Part shown: positions 12,321 through 26,383 of the stretch, in pieces
How positions within the stretch are numbered: the first letter of the stretch is position 1
Layout of the letters: every line of letters starts with the position of its first letter
Source of the DNA: Bispira polyomma
Lineage: Eukaryota
Reading direction: 5' to 3'
Length of the DNA: 64,000 nucleotides
Assembly: GCA_965649765.1 (NCBI GenBank)
Contig: OZ287759.1
Span: forward strand, 5,766,001 to 5,830,000
The notes under the pieces: generated by a model
Told to the model about the DNA's origin: nothing
Database searches by the model: none
The model's input: only the letters and a program-made list of their open reading frames with translations
Translations under genes and position numbers: made by a program

Positions 12321-15300
12321 AGACAGTCCTAATGTTAGACTGCGATACCATTTCATTGTTTAAGAAGACTAATAAAGTCTTACCTATACTTCAAATGAAT
12401 CCTATGTATTAAAACACAATATATGCAATCGATTCCAATACACTACACCATATATTATCTAAAATAATTAATTATTTCATGCCCCCCCAAAAAAAAAAAT
12501 TTACTTCCCTCCAATACTGTTTTTGTGCACATGATTTTATGTTCTGGATTTATTATTGTATAAACCAAATGCAACACAATAAATCAATTGTCCTTCTTTT
12601 ACTGCAATATGAAAATAAATATATGTATACTTTTAATGACGTAAATTTGACTTCATTAAAATATTGTGTGTGTATAAATCGTAGCAGCCATTCTGAAGAG
12701 CAGTTGGTTTTAATTTCTTGAAATTTGTCAAAGTTTATTGCAGTAAACATCAATTTTCTTCAAATATGGAATATTATAATTCAGCATTTATTTAATAGAA
12801 CCTTGTAAAATTGCGTTTTTATTTACAAAGTGGTTGGTTTAATTTATATTAGGCATTGCTTAAGGTTTTCTATGTAAATGACTGCCGTTGCCATATATGG
12901 AACAAATCAATATTTGAATTTGTGGTGGAAAAAATTTACAGTAATCTATAGAAAATGTGCTATCAGACTGAAACTATTACGGTATAGTTATAACATCATT
13001 GCATTAATGCCATCGCAGGTTAACACTGCAAGATGGACATCGCACCTTAACACTGCAAGATGGACAGAAAACAAATATGTGCTAAGGAAATGATGTATGG
13101 TGAATAAGCATTTAAAAATCCAGTGGTAGCAGTGAGATAAATTAAGTTATATATGATATGGTGTTCATAAACTTGTATTGTAAAAGTTATTAAGGAAATT
13201 AATTTAGTAGACCAATTGTATACATGATAATAATTGCGAAATTGGTTAAAATAATGTCAATATTGAACATTGTTGTTACTAAATGTAATTAAATAAAAGT
13301 ACTTTTGTACATTGTTGTTACTAAATATAATTAAATAAAAGTACTTTTGTAATGTGTTTTAAAAATTAAATTGATGTATTAATAGTTCCCAATAATTAGA
13401 TACATTATATATACAAAAGTACATATAGTTTTTAATTGCATGGTTTATATGTATATATAAATACATATATATGCATACATTACATATTATATTATATATA
13501 TTAAAACACCCACCTTTTTTATATTTTTCTGAAGAAATGGTCATATTACGAGTGGAGAAGCATTAATGGTTAATCAAGTTCCAAAGCGTACTGTATAGCA
13601 CCATGCCAGGACTAGTGAGGCTGGAGAGCCAGTTCTTCAAAAACCGGGCACTAAATTTTGGAGTGAAGAGCATGAAAATAGGTCTCGCTGAGTATATGAG
13701 GTTAGCAGTTGGTGTTAAATTGAATACTAATATCAAATATATAAAAATATCAATTGTTTTTATAACATGGTAAAATGATTTTACATTTAACCCTTTTAAG
13801 TCCAAACTCAAGAGAAATGTAAGAAGGACTTATACTGCTAGACGCTCCAACAAAATGCCTTTGCTGGGCCATACATTGTTATTCAATATAAGAGGAACAG
13901 TGAATTAACACAGTTTTACTTATAGGAATTCAATTGCACATATGTATGTGTAAGTGATATATTTCAGATGGTTTGAGGATGGAAGTATACCTTTTACATA
14001 AGCATTGCTGAAGTTTTTTGCTTCACAGATTTTAGGAGTTCGTGGAGTTGTGAGAAAGGTACATCATGGCCTAATTCAAAGTTGTTGCGAAATTTACCTG
14101 TAATGCACTATTTCACATAAGTTAACAATTTTTCTCTTATATTAATGTAGGGATTTGTATTTCTTAAGAATGATGCTGCATGTTTATCCAAATGTTTATC
14201 TTTATGTAAGTGACATCTGATAGACCTGTTTCATGTATACCTTATCAGCAAATGTCATGTGTTTGTATGTATAATACAATATTAAAACTCTGACTTTTGT
14301 TCTAGCAGCTTACTTACACAACTCTGCACAACTCATACATATAGTAATATGTGTAGATATATGTATAACATTGTTTCTAGCTCTTTGTTGGTGTACACAA
14401 CTGTAGATCCTGTTCTAGATCTGTCAGTCTCTGATATATGTAATGTGTGTGTATATATAATTGATGTGACAGGAGCAGTTCATTGCAGTGCTGTTTGAAG
14501 GTCTACCAACATGTATATTTTACATTGTACTATGTTATTGTCAATAGACAGAAACTAAAATTATAAAAAAGTTTGAAGGAATTTTCAGTGGTTATATTAG
14601 GAATTGTTTTATCGGAACTGATAATATAATGAAGGTAACATCAGAATTGTTACTAGCAATATGTTACAGTGGCCGAACCAGCTTATTTAGAACTGCAACT
14701 AAGCATCTCCAAAAGGAAGCCAAGGTACATCCCTAGGGAGAAAAAGGCTGCATACAACAACGCAGACAATATAGTTCACTATTTTCACTGACTGTTAGAA
14801 CAGATGGCGAAGAACCAACTGACCGACACCCACAGCTGATTTGGAACGTAGAAGAAAAGGACTGGTGGAAAGAACATGCACTCCAACGACCAGTCATGTG
14901 CCCAACTGGCCTTTATCAGGTGAAAGGCTTAAGTCATTTTAGCTGCATGTAAAAGTATTTGTGAATATCAAATTGACATCTATATTTTTGCTCAACATTC
15001 AAAGTAATGCCTGTATGATCAATGCTTTTATATGCCATTGACAAATATTGAGCAAGACACTCAATTGGGAATGCACATGATCTGGGTTCAATCCCAGCCG
15101 TGGGCTAGACAGAGTCCTAGTAGCACAGATGGTTGGAAACAGTGATCATCATCCACCACATGTCTTCATTTTCGGCTTCTACTGCTGGTTGGCTGTAATC
15201 GGGCAAAAAGGATGATTAGTGCTTTCAATACCAGGAAATGGTAGATAAAAATCAAGCCTTTCCTCCTTTTTTTTTACTGAAACAATGTATGATAAACAAT

Positions 15301-15434
15301 GTATGATAATGAGTTACTCCTTAAATGCATTATAGAATGTCACAATGATGTAGACTTGTTATTGACAAAAAAATATGGATGTTTATATACCATGTTTATG
15401 TAATCCAGCATATCAATTTTTTAATTTTATTCTA

Positions 15435-15655
15435 AAGGCAAAGACAAAGCAAATCTTCGCTAATCAGCACACAACAACTGTTTACTGCATTAGTACATCT
15501 GGCCAGGTACTTGCACCGTATGTTATTATTAACAAAAATATTCCCACCGACATAGTCGTCAGAAGTTTGCCTGATGACTGGCATTTTGGCTGCTCTGTAA
15601 GTGTTTTTTTTAAACACAGAGCTCTTCTTCATGTGGTGCAAGTAATCATTTTTGA
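15435..15655 (+). mobile_element. pogo/Tc1-mariner DDE transposase fragment
   Basis: HTTTVYCISTSGQVLAPYVII…LPDDWHFGCS resembles the pogo DDE_1 core (TV..C.SASG..LPP.II). Confidence 0.65.
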
Positions 15656-16229
15656 TAATGTTATTTGTCTAAAAAGAAAAATATGCCTTTCACTTATGTG
15701 CTTATTAATTACTAAATATAGCATATTGTAATAATAATTTTTTGAGAGTTTTGAGTCTTTTTATTTAAAGAGGATTTCAACGTAATGGTGCTATTCCACG
15801 AAAGGTCGAGGAAAATCCCTGATTATGCGATCGTGAACAATCCTTTGCATTTCCCCACAATGTTTTGATAAAAGGGCGGGAAAAAATGAGTCACCACGAC
15901 CTGTAAGATAAGTAGTACAATCGATCAGCCTGATTTGTATTCATGATCACATTTTTTGGCATCCGACCTCTCTGATTACTAAAGATAAGTAGTTGAAACT
16001 GATTAAGATCCAAAAGATAGGTCATAAGGGCATTATGATCCAGTTGTTGGACACTAAGATAAGTCGACCGATGGAATGTCTGATCCAGATCCATATCCAG
16101 GTAATAACAATTGATTGGTACTGTTTCGATCAAACACTATATAAACGAGGGTTGAAACTTGAATCCAGGCAGCTTTATTTCAGCTGTCAAGTGATTAACA
16201 TGATTCCACAAAAAAACTAAATCTAACAA

Positions 16230-17478
16230 ATGGACTTAAGGCTGTAATTACCTACATGCAAACACAACTGATGGTTATTATGGACAATAAAGGCAGAATA
16301 AGAGGACTAAGAAGGCAAAGGGAAGCACTGAATGTACAGCTTCAGCTTTAGGCTCAGGCTCAGGTGGCTAGAAGATGAAGGGCAAGGCCAAGGTTCTGGA
16401 TCAAGCCATGGCTAAGGGAAAGGGCAGAACATGGACACTACACAGCACTCATGCTACGCCTGGAGCAGAAAGATCTTTAGTCGTACAGCAACTTCCTCAG
16501 GATGCCCCCCACATATTCCAGGAGATAGAGAGGAGGGTGGGGCACAAGACACAGAGACACACCACCTGGTACAGGAAGGCACTGCCCCCTGGACTTAAGA
16601 TAGCCATCAATTTAAGGCATTTGGCTACTGGGTAGTCCTACACATTGTTGTAATACTCGTTAGTAGGCAGGTCCACCATGACCAAGTTCATGCCAGAAGT
16701 TTGCCAGGCCATCATCGCCGCGTTCCAGGAAGAATTCCTCACATGCTCCACCAGCCCTGATGACTGGAAGAAGCTCTAGTCCATGTTCCGGAACACATGG
16801 AATGTTCCTAATGCCCTGAGGGGCATAGACGGCAAATACATTGATATAAGATATACATATTCTTAAGTACAAGGGGTACCAATCAATTGTCATGCTTGCC
16901 ATAGTAGATGGGGATTACCATTTCCTGTAGGTCGACATATGTGCAAGCAACTCATGCTCGGATGCCACGATTTTTAACAGATCCAAAATAAAAAAAGAAA
17001 AGAGAGGACCACTGAATCAACTCCCCCCACCTGAAACAATTAGCCCTGTCCCCTACTTTATCCTAGGAGATTATGTGTTTGCCCTAAAGACATGGTTTAT
17101 CAAACCCTACTCCTGACGGGGGATCGACATGACAAAAGGTTATTCAATTATAGGTTCTCTAGAGGCCGAAGGGTGGTCGCAAATGCATTTGGTATTTTAG
17201 TCCAGCGATTCTGGGTGCTTCTGTCAACAATGCAGCAGGAACTACCAGTGCTGGCAACTGTAACTTTAGGATATGTGGTCATGCACAATGTGATGAGGAC
17301 CGCAGCTATCAACATGGCTAATCCAGGTAATCCAGAAGATGACAGACTTGTCCCACCGATAGCAGCACATATTGGAGGAAACAACCCACCCAACTGTATA
17401 AATCCTGGCAGGGCAGCAAAAGAACAGAAAGGGCTAATCATGCAATATTTCACCAATGAGGGGGCAGTCTATACCTGA
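16230..17478 (+). pseudogene. Harbinger (HARBI1-like DDE) transposase pseudogene
   Basis: ALPPGLKIAINLRHLATG, WNVPNALRGIDGKYI, SIVMLAIVDGDYHF and FNYRFSRGRRVVANAFGILVQRFWVL…MHNVM. Several in-frame stops and frameshifts. Confidence 0.9.
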
Positions 17479-17593
17479 GCCTGAGCCAACAACAAACCTA
17501 AAAGGCCCTTTTCAGGTATTGTATCTGGGGTTGTGGCTGGTACTGCTGATGCTGCTGGAACTGTGGCACAGGTTGTAGCCTGGCCAGCCGGTC

Positions 17594-18240
17594 TTGGATA
17601 GTGCTCACAAGTTTGAATGCCTCCTTCTGAAGTGGTTGAAATGTTTATCTGGCAATTTCTCAGCCTCCAATGGCAACCAGTTGAGAAATTCCCCCCTGGA
17701 TCCCTTAATCATGGGCTTGATTGCATCCTTGAAGAAGCCTAAGATGGCGTCCTGCATCGTAGCCAGCATGTCCCTCAGCTCAGAAGACAGTGCTGACTCC
17801 GGGTTCGGGGGTTGATCTGGCATAGACTGAAGACTGCAAAGAGGCGGATGCGACGGGTCAGAAGCCAGATGTTCTCAAAACATGTGCGTATAATGTGAGG
17901 TTTTAAAACATCAAAGGTGTTCTTGACCCAGTGCTGCCTCTCTGTCAACTCAGGTGTTGCCTGGCTGGACTTCCTAATGCTCAGCTTGCCATAGATGGTC
18001 CTCTGTGATTGAAACCACTCCAATACCTTGCCTGAACAGAACTTCAGCCACAACATGAATTTACCCTGGGTGTCTTTGTATTATGGATCTCTCTTGTTGT
18101 ATAGCCATTAATGGTCCGGCAAAAAGTCCACCAGCACCTCCTCCTCTGCGTTACTAAACATGACCGTACACATCTTTCCCTTCTTCTGTTTCCTCAATAT
18201 GGAAGCCACCTCCCCATCCCCAGCTATGTCAATCTCATCC
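17594..18240 (-). pseudogene. Harbinger accessory DNA-binding (MADF/Myb-SANT-like) pseudogene
   Basis: FSNAEEEVLVDFL…LYNKRDP*YKD…LW…WFQSQRTIYGKL…TERQHWV shows MADF-like spacing of aromatic residues and occupies the typical position of a Harbinger second ORF. Confidence 0.7.
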
Positions 18241-19669
18241 TCCACATAAGGCTCCTAGGTTTCCGTCTGCTCAATCACAAGCGTCTGTGAAAGCTGTTTC
18301 TGTGGAATGACAAGGGCATTCCCACATCAGATTGTTGGTTCTCCTCATCTTTTGCCTCCACATGCTCCTCCATCCTCCCCTTCCTGTTCTTTCTCTTTTG
18401 TTTAAAATTTTCCTGTAACATTTATTCTCAAAAAAAGTTCTATTCTGAATAATAATCTCAATCATAATCTGTGTCTGTAGAATTGTTGATAGTTGTGATG
18501 TCTTCAAGATGCTGTAGCTAGATCTCTGTCACGGCTGCCTTTATATACCCTCAGGCCGACTCCCGAAGTGCACGCCAACCAATACGAATTCATTTTTCAA
18601 TTTGCCCCATCCAATCAAACTCATTGTCCATAATATGCAGAGCAAACGATAGGGTCTCTAGCATATTGAGCTTGCACACAGACAGAACAAGAGCAAAATT
18701 CCCACCACTAGCCCTTAAGCTCAGCTTTAAATTTTTTTGTAGATTTAGTAGTAAGGAGATATGTAATGAAAGTAACAATGTAATGTATAGTATTTATAAT
18801 TCTATGTCTTAACTGAAGCGACGAGCAGGCTAAATTGAATCACAGCAGAGTTCGAACCGGGAACTGTGTGGGGGGCAGATCCTTTCTTGTAACCTACCCC
18901 TGGTGTGGGCTACCAGGGTGTTTAATAGCTCTGCAAGGAGGGACCTGGCTGCTGCTAGGCGATTAGATGCCACAAGTCCTGGATTCCTAGCCTTGCCTGA
19001 TGAATTCAATTGTAGGCCTGTATGACCTCAGACTTATATCTGGTATTTTAAAAATATCAAATATATTTTAAATTTTACACCTAATCCTGAAACTGTACAC
19101 AAACTAAGTACCATGTAAATAAAATATCTCAAACATGGTTGCTCTCTCCACATAATTGAAATGCATGAAACATCAAAAACATCACAACTTTGAACTTCAT
19201 CAACTCTTAGGCCAATAGCTTACGACCTTTATATGACCTTTGACCAAATTCTAACTACAACTGTAGAAACTAATATTTCTCACGATTGAATGATACTTTA
19301 AACTCACAAGTAAAGCTGTCACATATTTGCCTATATTTTTTGCATCATAATTGCAGGGCTATGGAGGTAAATGATATAATTGATAATTGAAGTATTTATA
19401 GTGTTTTGTAATAAGTCTTGTATTAAATAGTATCAAAAACCTCAGAGAGGTTAACAAAAGATCAAAATCACATTATACTTTAACCCATCGCTCCCTATTG
19501 CCTTAGAAAGGTTTTAGTGTTTAATATACCATTATTTGAGTTAATATAACATAGGCTAGGTCAAAGTATTTTATTTATATTATGTTATACTTAAGTACTG
19601 GTACATTCAGATAGATAGATAAAGTACTGGTACATTCAGATAGATAGATACATTTATTTATATAGTTAT

Positions 19670-19930
19670 TTTTATTCTCTAGGTATAAGCAGTTACAGAC
19701 ATACAAACTGATGATGCCTCTTGTATTCTGTTGTTATTAAAGTGATGCTGTTGTATTTGAAAAACAACTGTACACAGAAGATGTCATGATGAGAATATAT
19801 AATCCACACATCATCATCAAGCAAAGTATCTCAAACATGTGATGAAATTTAGTTGCGGCTTCAGCAGTATTCTTGATTCCACGGAATGTTGCGTTGGTAA
19901 TAAGTTCCTTAAAAGCAATAGCACATTTTT
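19670..19930 (-). pseudogene. Decayed DEG/ENaC N-terminal fragment (inverted paralog)
   Basis: AFKELITNATFRGIKNTAEAATKF…LMMMCGLYILIMTSSVYS aligns to SCKDFINHTTLHGIRNTAEATKP…LFLFGLYLSITITSIQS of the 447-aa ORF. Frameshift after TM1. Confidence 0.8.
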
Positions 19931-20644
19931 CTGTACAAGCATTGAGCAAGTGTGGGCTTGCTTTTCCTAAGTGTAGGATTTTAATGTCACCGTAATATAC
20001 AGATCACAAGTTTAGGCCCTGATACATTAACATGTCAATTGAATTAAATTTGTTCAGTTATCGTGTGACCATGTTGTCACTTATATGATATGGTTATTTA
20101 TTGTCATTCTCACTTATATTATTTGTTAACTCATTGTGATTGTCACTTATACTATTTGATAATTTATTCAGCCCAAAGAAGACTGATTACCATTGGTAGA
20201 TCATATAATATAAAAGACTAACACATGGATAACAGGCATCACAATTATAACTGTATTGGCCACACCCCTTCAGTAAAGTTGGTGGAGGTAGGTACTCCAT
20301 GGTGTATTATTGGTAATCATTAAAACATTGGACATGGACGATCGATGGTCTGCAACCTGTCTTTGGTTATATAACACCTGTCACACACATCAATAAGGCA
20401 TTCACACACATTTAGCAAAACCATTAATTCCTTACAAATCTGAAACTGGTCATCCACTGATGCTAAGACTGGTTGTTCAGTAATCGCCCACCAAAATGTA
20501 TGTGTGGCTGCTATTGTCAGAGATCTGGGTATCCGGTCCTATACATTCTCTGGTGATATTCTAAAATATCCCATTTTTTAAGTTTGTGGGAAATCTGGGA
20601 CTGGTATTATAATTACTTTATCTCAGTTTGGCTTTTAGTTGTCA

Positions 20645-22590
20645 TTATTGTAATTGTAATTAGACTTTTATAGCGCTTAATCTCACCTTAACGAAGGGGA
20701 CTCTAAAGTGCAACAACACAAAAGACAGTAATCCAATTTCCAATATCAAGGGACAGAAAAGGGTCAGCACCACATAGCGCGCCGGGGGATGATTGAGACT
20801 AAGGTGGGTATGCTTTGGTGCACAAATGGATTTTAAGCTGCTTTCTAAAACAGGCTAGTGAGGGGGAAGCACAAATCACATCAGGAAGATCATTCCAAAC
20901 AATGGGAGCATCAAAAGCTAAGCTGTGACTAAATTGTTTAACCGATTTTTGAGTAGATGGGTGCAACTTTTGAAAGACAAGGAAATTACTACCACTCTGA
21001 CTACGTCTAGTATTGTAGGAACTACTGTAAGTGAAAAAATATGGGGCAAAATACTTTTGAAACCCAGTGTGAAGAAACCTATAAACAAGTGTAGCTGTTT
21101 TAAACACTGAATGTTGTTCAACAGGGAGCCAATGCAATTTCTTAAGAACAGGAGTTATACTGGTGTATCGACTGGTGTTTGAAACAATTCTAGCTGCACT
21201 ATTTTGAATACATTGTAATTTACGTAAATTAAACTTTGAGAGACTCCTGAATACCGAATTGCAGTAATCCATGTATTGAAGCATCATAAGTGAGAAAACG
21301 TCTGACGTCTAAAGTCCCGGAGTTGCACAAAACAACTTTTGCAGACATTCTGAATGTGTTTAGAGAAAGAAAAGTCAGAGTCAAACCATACACCCAGGTT
21401 CTTAACAGAATCAACTGGGCTGAAAGGGCTACCCAGGATGTTAACTGGAAACAATGATTTCAACTTATCCCTCTATTGTTTTGAGCCAAAGATTATAAAC
21501 TCAGTCTTGTTGGGATTAAGTTTGAGTTTACCAGTTGACATCCACTCTTTCACATCGTCAAGGCACCTGTTCAACTGTTCAAAGGCAAGAGATGTGTTCT
21601 TATGGGATAAGTGCACATATATTTGGGTATCATCTGCATAAAAATGATACTTAATACCTTTGTATTTGCCGATAACCAATCTGAGAGGGGCAGTGTAGAG
21701 TGAAAACAACAGAGGGCCCAAACCAGGGCAAAGTAGAGCCAATTTTTATCGACTGATAATGATCAGTTAAGTAGGAAGTGAACCATTTAAGGACAGAGCC
21801 CCCAACTCCAAACCAAGTCTGAAGATAACTGAGAAGAGTGGAATGATCAATGGTGTCAAAGGCAGCAGAGAGGTCGAGCAATACCAGGGCAGTAGGTTCA
21901 CCTCTTGACAAGGATAGGTGAACTTTATTTTTTATAGAGAGAAGAGCTGTCTCAGTCGAATGACTGTTTTATACGCAGATTGGTATGGGTTGTCTAAGTC
22001 GTGGACAAAGATATGATCTAACAGTTGCCTAGTAACCACACGTTCAACCAGTTTTTGGCAATAATTCTTTAAGTCATTAACTGGAAGAGAAGCCTTCTTA
22101 ATAAGAGGAGTAACCACAGCTGTTTTAAAACCATCAGGTACATGTCCCTCAGTAAGTGAGCAGTTTACAAGCTTTGTAATGGATGGGAGTAATATATCAC
22201 CAAATTCTTTAATGAGAGATGTTGGCCATGAGTCCAACATGCAGGATTTTGTAGGCGAGTTCCTAATTATTTTACTTACATCGTCTTCAGAGACTCTGGT
22301 AAAGGCAGTAATTTCTGGAGGATCAGAAAGAGGATGAACATCAATTTTACTTCCAGAAACAACAAAAGTATCTCTAATTCTCTTAATTTTGTCTGAAAAA
22401 AAGGAAGCAAACTTGTCATCTAGTGGCTTATCAGATTCATGGGACGGGAGTGCCACATTGGTATCCATATTGAGGGTCTTGCACAGTTCGTGCCATAGCT
22501 TCCTGGAGTTGGGACTGTTGTCAGAGATAATTTTGCTATAATACTCCGACTTATCCTCGTTAACAAGTACATTACACCGAGCAATCAGGC
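20645..22590 (-). mobile_element. 5'-truncated L2-type LINE (RT and 3' UTR)
   Basis: [41 protein letters not shown] and LHWLPV motifs, (caatta)n tail, frameshifts. Confidence 0.92.
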
Positions 22591-23086
22591 AATTCTAACT
22601 ATAACTTAGTCTATGATTTACATGCCCCAGGTTTGTCAATGAAAAGTTGACTAACACCATATTATTTTATACTCGGACCAAAACATCGCGTATTTATACT
22701 GGATTTAGTTTTAACACCACTGCCTCAGCTCTAAGACATGAAAGCGTCACAAGAAAACTGAAGTAATATTTCACAAATTTGTTTCAAGTTGGCACGTTGG
22801 TGTATCAGCGCCTAAATTGGTGATCTGTATATTAAGGTGACATTAAACTCCGACACGTAAGAAAACCAGGGCCACACTTTGTTTTATACTCCCCCCCCCT
22901 CCCATTTCCCACAAAAACACACCCACTGCTTATTGAATTTTTAAAGTGACAGCGAGTTCATTCTTTTTTTGTTTGTAGTTAATCTTGCTTTCAACGCATT
23001 TTGCGTCCTAATTACAAGAAAATAAAATTCGTTTTCCAAATCCAGGCGTTACCTTTATTTGTCTCCATTCATCCCTGTATTTTTAT

Positions 23087-23224
23087 GCACCAAATGTCAA
23101 TCTATTTGGCCATAACATTAACTAATGTTTGTCCTGACATTTAAACAGTAAATTTGTGCATCAAATGTCAATCTATTTGCCCATAACATTACCTAATGCT
23201 TGTTCTGGCATTTAAGCAGTAAAT
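23087..23224. repeat. 70-bp tandem duplication
   Basis: tgcaccaaatgtcaatctatttggccataacatta… occurs twice with a few mismatches. Confidence 0.85.
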
Positions 23225-23834
23225 AGTCTAAAAGGTTGCAAAATGTTTCAAAAAAAGTATGTTATATTATTAATGTCACTATCTTAATAACACAACCTTT
23301 GTTAAATTGTCTGTATGATTTTAAGGTTGTAGGGCACGTGACTACCACTTTCTGATAGGGAAAAAAAAACTTCAGATTTTCACGTTTAACGGGATTTGTT
23401 ATAAAGGCTATCGTAATGTGTAACACTTCACTGCTTATTTTATGAACAATGATTTAAGTGTGCAATTCTTTAAAAAAAAATCTTAAAACTTTTCAAAAAC
23501 AGCATGGTATCACATGTTCACTTTACCGAAATTGATCTGCTGTGCTTGACCTAATCAGACATACATTTCAACTGTCATCGGGTTTATGACCAGTCAATGC
23601 TCAGACAGAATTGTATCAACAACAAAACATTACTACCAAAAATGTAGCAAATTAATGCAGAAAGATAAATAAGCATTACATCTAATTACTTTTCATTTCT
23701 TTTGCAAATTTGCTGGCGGTACTGTTGTCTTCTTATTCCATAACAGAAAGAAATAACTAAGTGTGAACACTGTGTGGCAAAAATGAAGTAAGTCTGCAAA
23801 TTTTCTATTGTGAATTGATAGGATAAAATATGCC

Positions 23835-24082
23835 ATGGCTTTCAAAGAATTTATTAATAACACAACATTTTGCGGAATCAAAGGTACTACAGTGCCGCCA
23901 CAAAATTCCAATGCATTTTTGAGATGCTTTGCTTGGTGTTGATGTGTGGATTATATATTCTCATCATGACATCTTCTTTGTGCAGTTGTTATTCAAGTTA
24001 CAACAGCATCACCTTTATAACAACAGAATACAAGGTGTATCATCAGTTTTATGTCTGTATCTGCTTACACCTAAAAAATTAA
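23835..24082 (+). pseudogene. Decayed DEG/ENaC N-terminal fragment (unit 1)
   Basis: MAFKEFINNTTFCGIKGT, a frameshift, then AATKFQCIFEMLCLVLMCGLYILIMTSSLCS…SITFITTEYKVYHQF. Aligns to residues 1-~72 of the 447-aa ORF and ends at a (TA)n tract. Confidence 0.8.
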
Positions 24083-24084
24083 AA

Positions 24085-24089
<5 letters not shown>

Positions 24090-24135
<46 letters not shown>

Positions 24136-24150
24136 CAAATATATATATCT
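24090..24150. repeat. (TA)n microsatellite (also ~37417 and ~50744)
   Basis: Direct read; 2 bp shorter in unit 3. Confidence 0.95.
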
Positions 24151-26383
24151 AGATGTCACAGTACTTCAGTATGGCCCTATCTAGATAGCCCAACCAAACT
24201 AACACAAATACGATACTTTGACCTATCTTATATTAATTCATATAATGATATATTTAAGACAAAACCAAACCTTTCTAAGACACTAGGAAGATGTGGGTTC
24301 CAGTGTAATACGATTTCAATCTTTTATTAACCTCCCTGAGGCTTTGGGTAGTATTTGCCATAAATAGACAACCATTTTAAGTGATGTATTAACTTCACTA
24401 AACAGTCACATTTGGACAATGGGGCAATGCAATCAAATTGCCAGTGCAAAAACTGTACCTTAGGGGATAAGTAAAAATAAATCTGTAACCTATGATGAGA
24501 CTATCTAAGAAAAGGGTTGAAAAATATTCAAAGTCAGACGTGTATCTAAGGTTAATTTGCGTGACCAATACAAGACGTTTTACAAGACACTCTTGCTTTT
24601 AATTATCAATTATATTATTACCTTTTTCTACAGCCCTGCAATTATGAGGTTAAAATATAATATGCGAAAGCCTTATTCCTGAGTTTAAAGTATCATTAAA
24701 TCATGATAAATACATTCAGGCTGTGCAGAGGTATAAAATACCATGGAAAAATATATTGCATCCAGTGATTAAATGATGCACTTAGGATTTGTATTAGTCA
24801 ACAACTCTGATACTAAGTTGAATGTTTAATGAGAAATTTGTGTAAATTTGGTGTGGATTTTAATACTGTTCCCTGTCTATTTTCAAGTGCATATTGTTAT
24901 GTAAGAAACCATATTCTTAACCAATTCTGTATGTCACTTTATGGTTCTGTATTATGAGATCTAATATCCCATTTTGTACATAAAATTTACACTAAATGGA
25001 GAATTGCTATACAGAAAATATGTAAGTTATCTTACCATACTAAATGTACTATGGGAATACTATAACTGGAGCTATCTGTAGATTTTTCATATCTTACCAA
25101 ATAAATTTGTATTGTCCAAATCTGTATTGTCCAAAATATGGTCATACTTGTAAAAATTTCAGAACGTCTATACTCTGATTTGACTTAAGGTCACAATATA
25201 TTGATCCAGTGGCATCTTTTATGTCTGATTATCATTTTAACAAGGGTATGTACCAAAACTATGGTGTAGGACCATCTCAGTCAGAAAATGAGCACCATAG
25301 AGGATGAAATATTAATAGTGGGTGAATAAATGCTTCAATACTAATAATAAAAGTTATCGCAAAAACACCCACATGGGAGAGATGTTATGGTCGTGGTTAG
25401 GCTCATTTTGATATGCTTCTCACATCAATTTGTGACCTTATATTCACTAGTAGGCAAAGGCATGTTCACATTTTACCCAAAGATGTTATCCCATCAATGA
25501 TCCCAACAGCATTAATCGGGGACGGGCCAGGGACTTTACAATCACTAGAACAACTCCCCAAATGTGAGTCTAACCATTGACCTTCTGATTATTATAATAA
25601 TAAAGTAATTGAATTAAAGCACTTTAATTTGTGACTTATTGGATTCAGTTAAACAAAGTAACTGTTTTGATATTGTCTAACGATGATCACATACCTTTGT
25701 TTTCAAGTAAGATAATACAGGATATTAGTACTGCTGTACTGATTTCTAATTCAAAGTTACAAGTCATACATACCATTTTATTGAACTACCTCTAAAATGG
25801 ACAATTTCAAAGCTTCGTGAGAACAATATTAGGGCCATATTATAATTTTAACTTGATCATGTGTTATTACCAATACACATTTACTGTGATGTCTACTGAG
25901 ATATTGCATAAGTTATCGGCATCGACCATGCAAAATTATAAGACAAATTTTACTTGCAAAATACTAAAACTATAATATTCATGCATTCTGTTTTCTAGTG
26001 AAACAGAATATTGTATGAGTAAATAATGAACACACAAAACATACCATTTACCCATTAGTTAATATCCGGTTTATGTATTGACAGACATTAGTAGAATAAA
26101 CATTCCAATGGAAAGCTTCTGTTTGATGTTAGCAGATATTTTCCCATAAATACGCCTGTAATGGTAGAATATAAACCCATACAGAAGGAAAACACACTGA
26201 AAAACAATGCATATATTCTAGGATATTGTATTTGGAGAGATCTATTATGTGTGAATTTATCATATGATTTCAATATAGGATTAAGTCAGATGAATACAAC
26301 TCAAGAAATTTAAAATAAAATGGATTTTGATATCTATGCTGACACTAAAATAAAAAACCAGTAATATTAACAAAACAAAAATC

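Larger units (their letters stand above)
15790..18620. mobile_element. Decayed PIF/Harbinger DNA transposon with two convergent genes; termini approximate
   Basis: Transposase pseudogene on + and MADF/Myb-like pseudogene on -, arranged tail to tail. TIRs not identified. Confidence 0.8.

Noticed and set aside
13019-13350. Short local tandem duplications (27 bp and 42 bp; also 29 bp at ~19593)
   Set aside because: Ordinary slippage duplications in AT-rich DNA.
16230-17478. Domesticated HARBI1-like host gene
   Set aside because: Multiple stops and frameshifts, and it is paired with a MADF-like ORF as in transposons.
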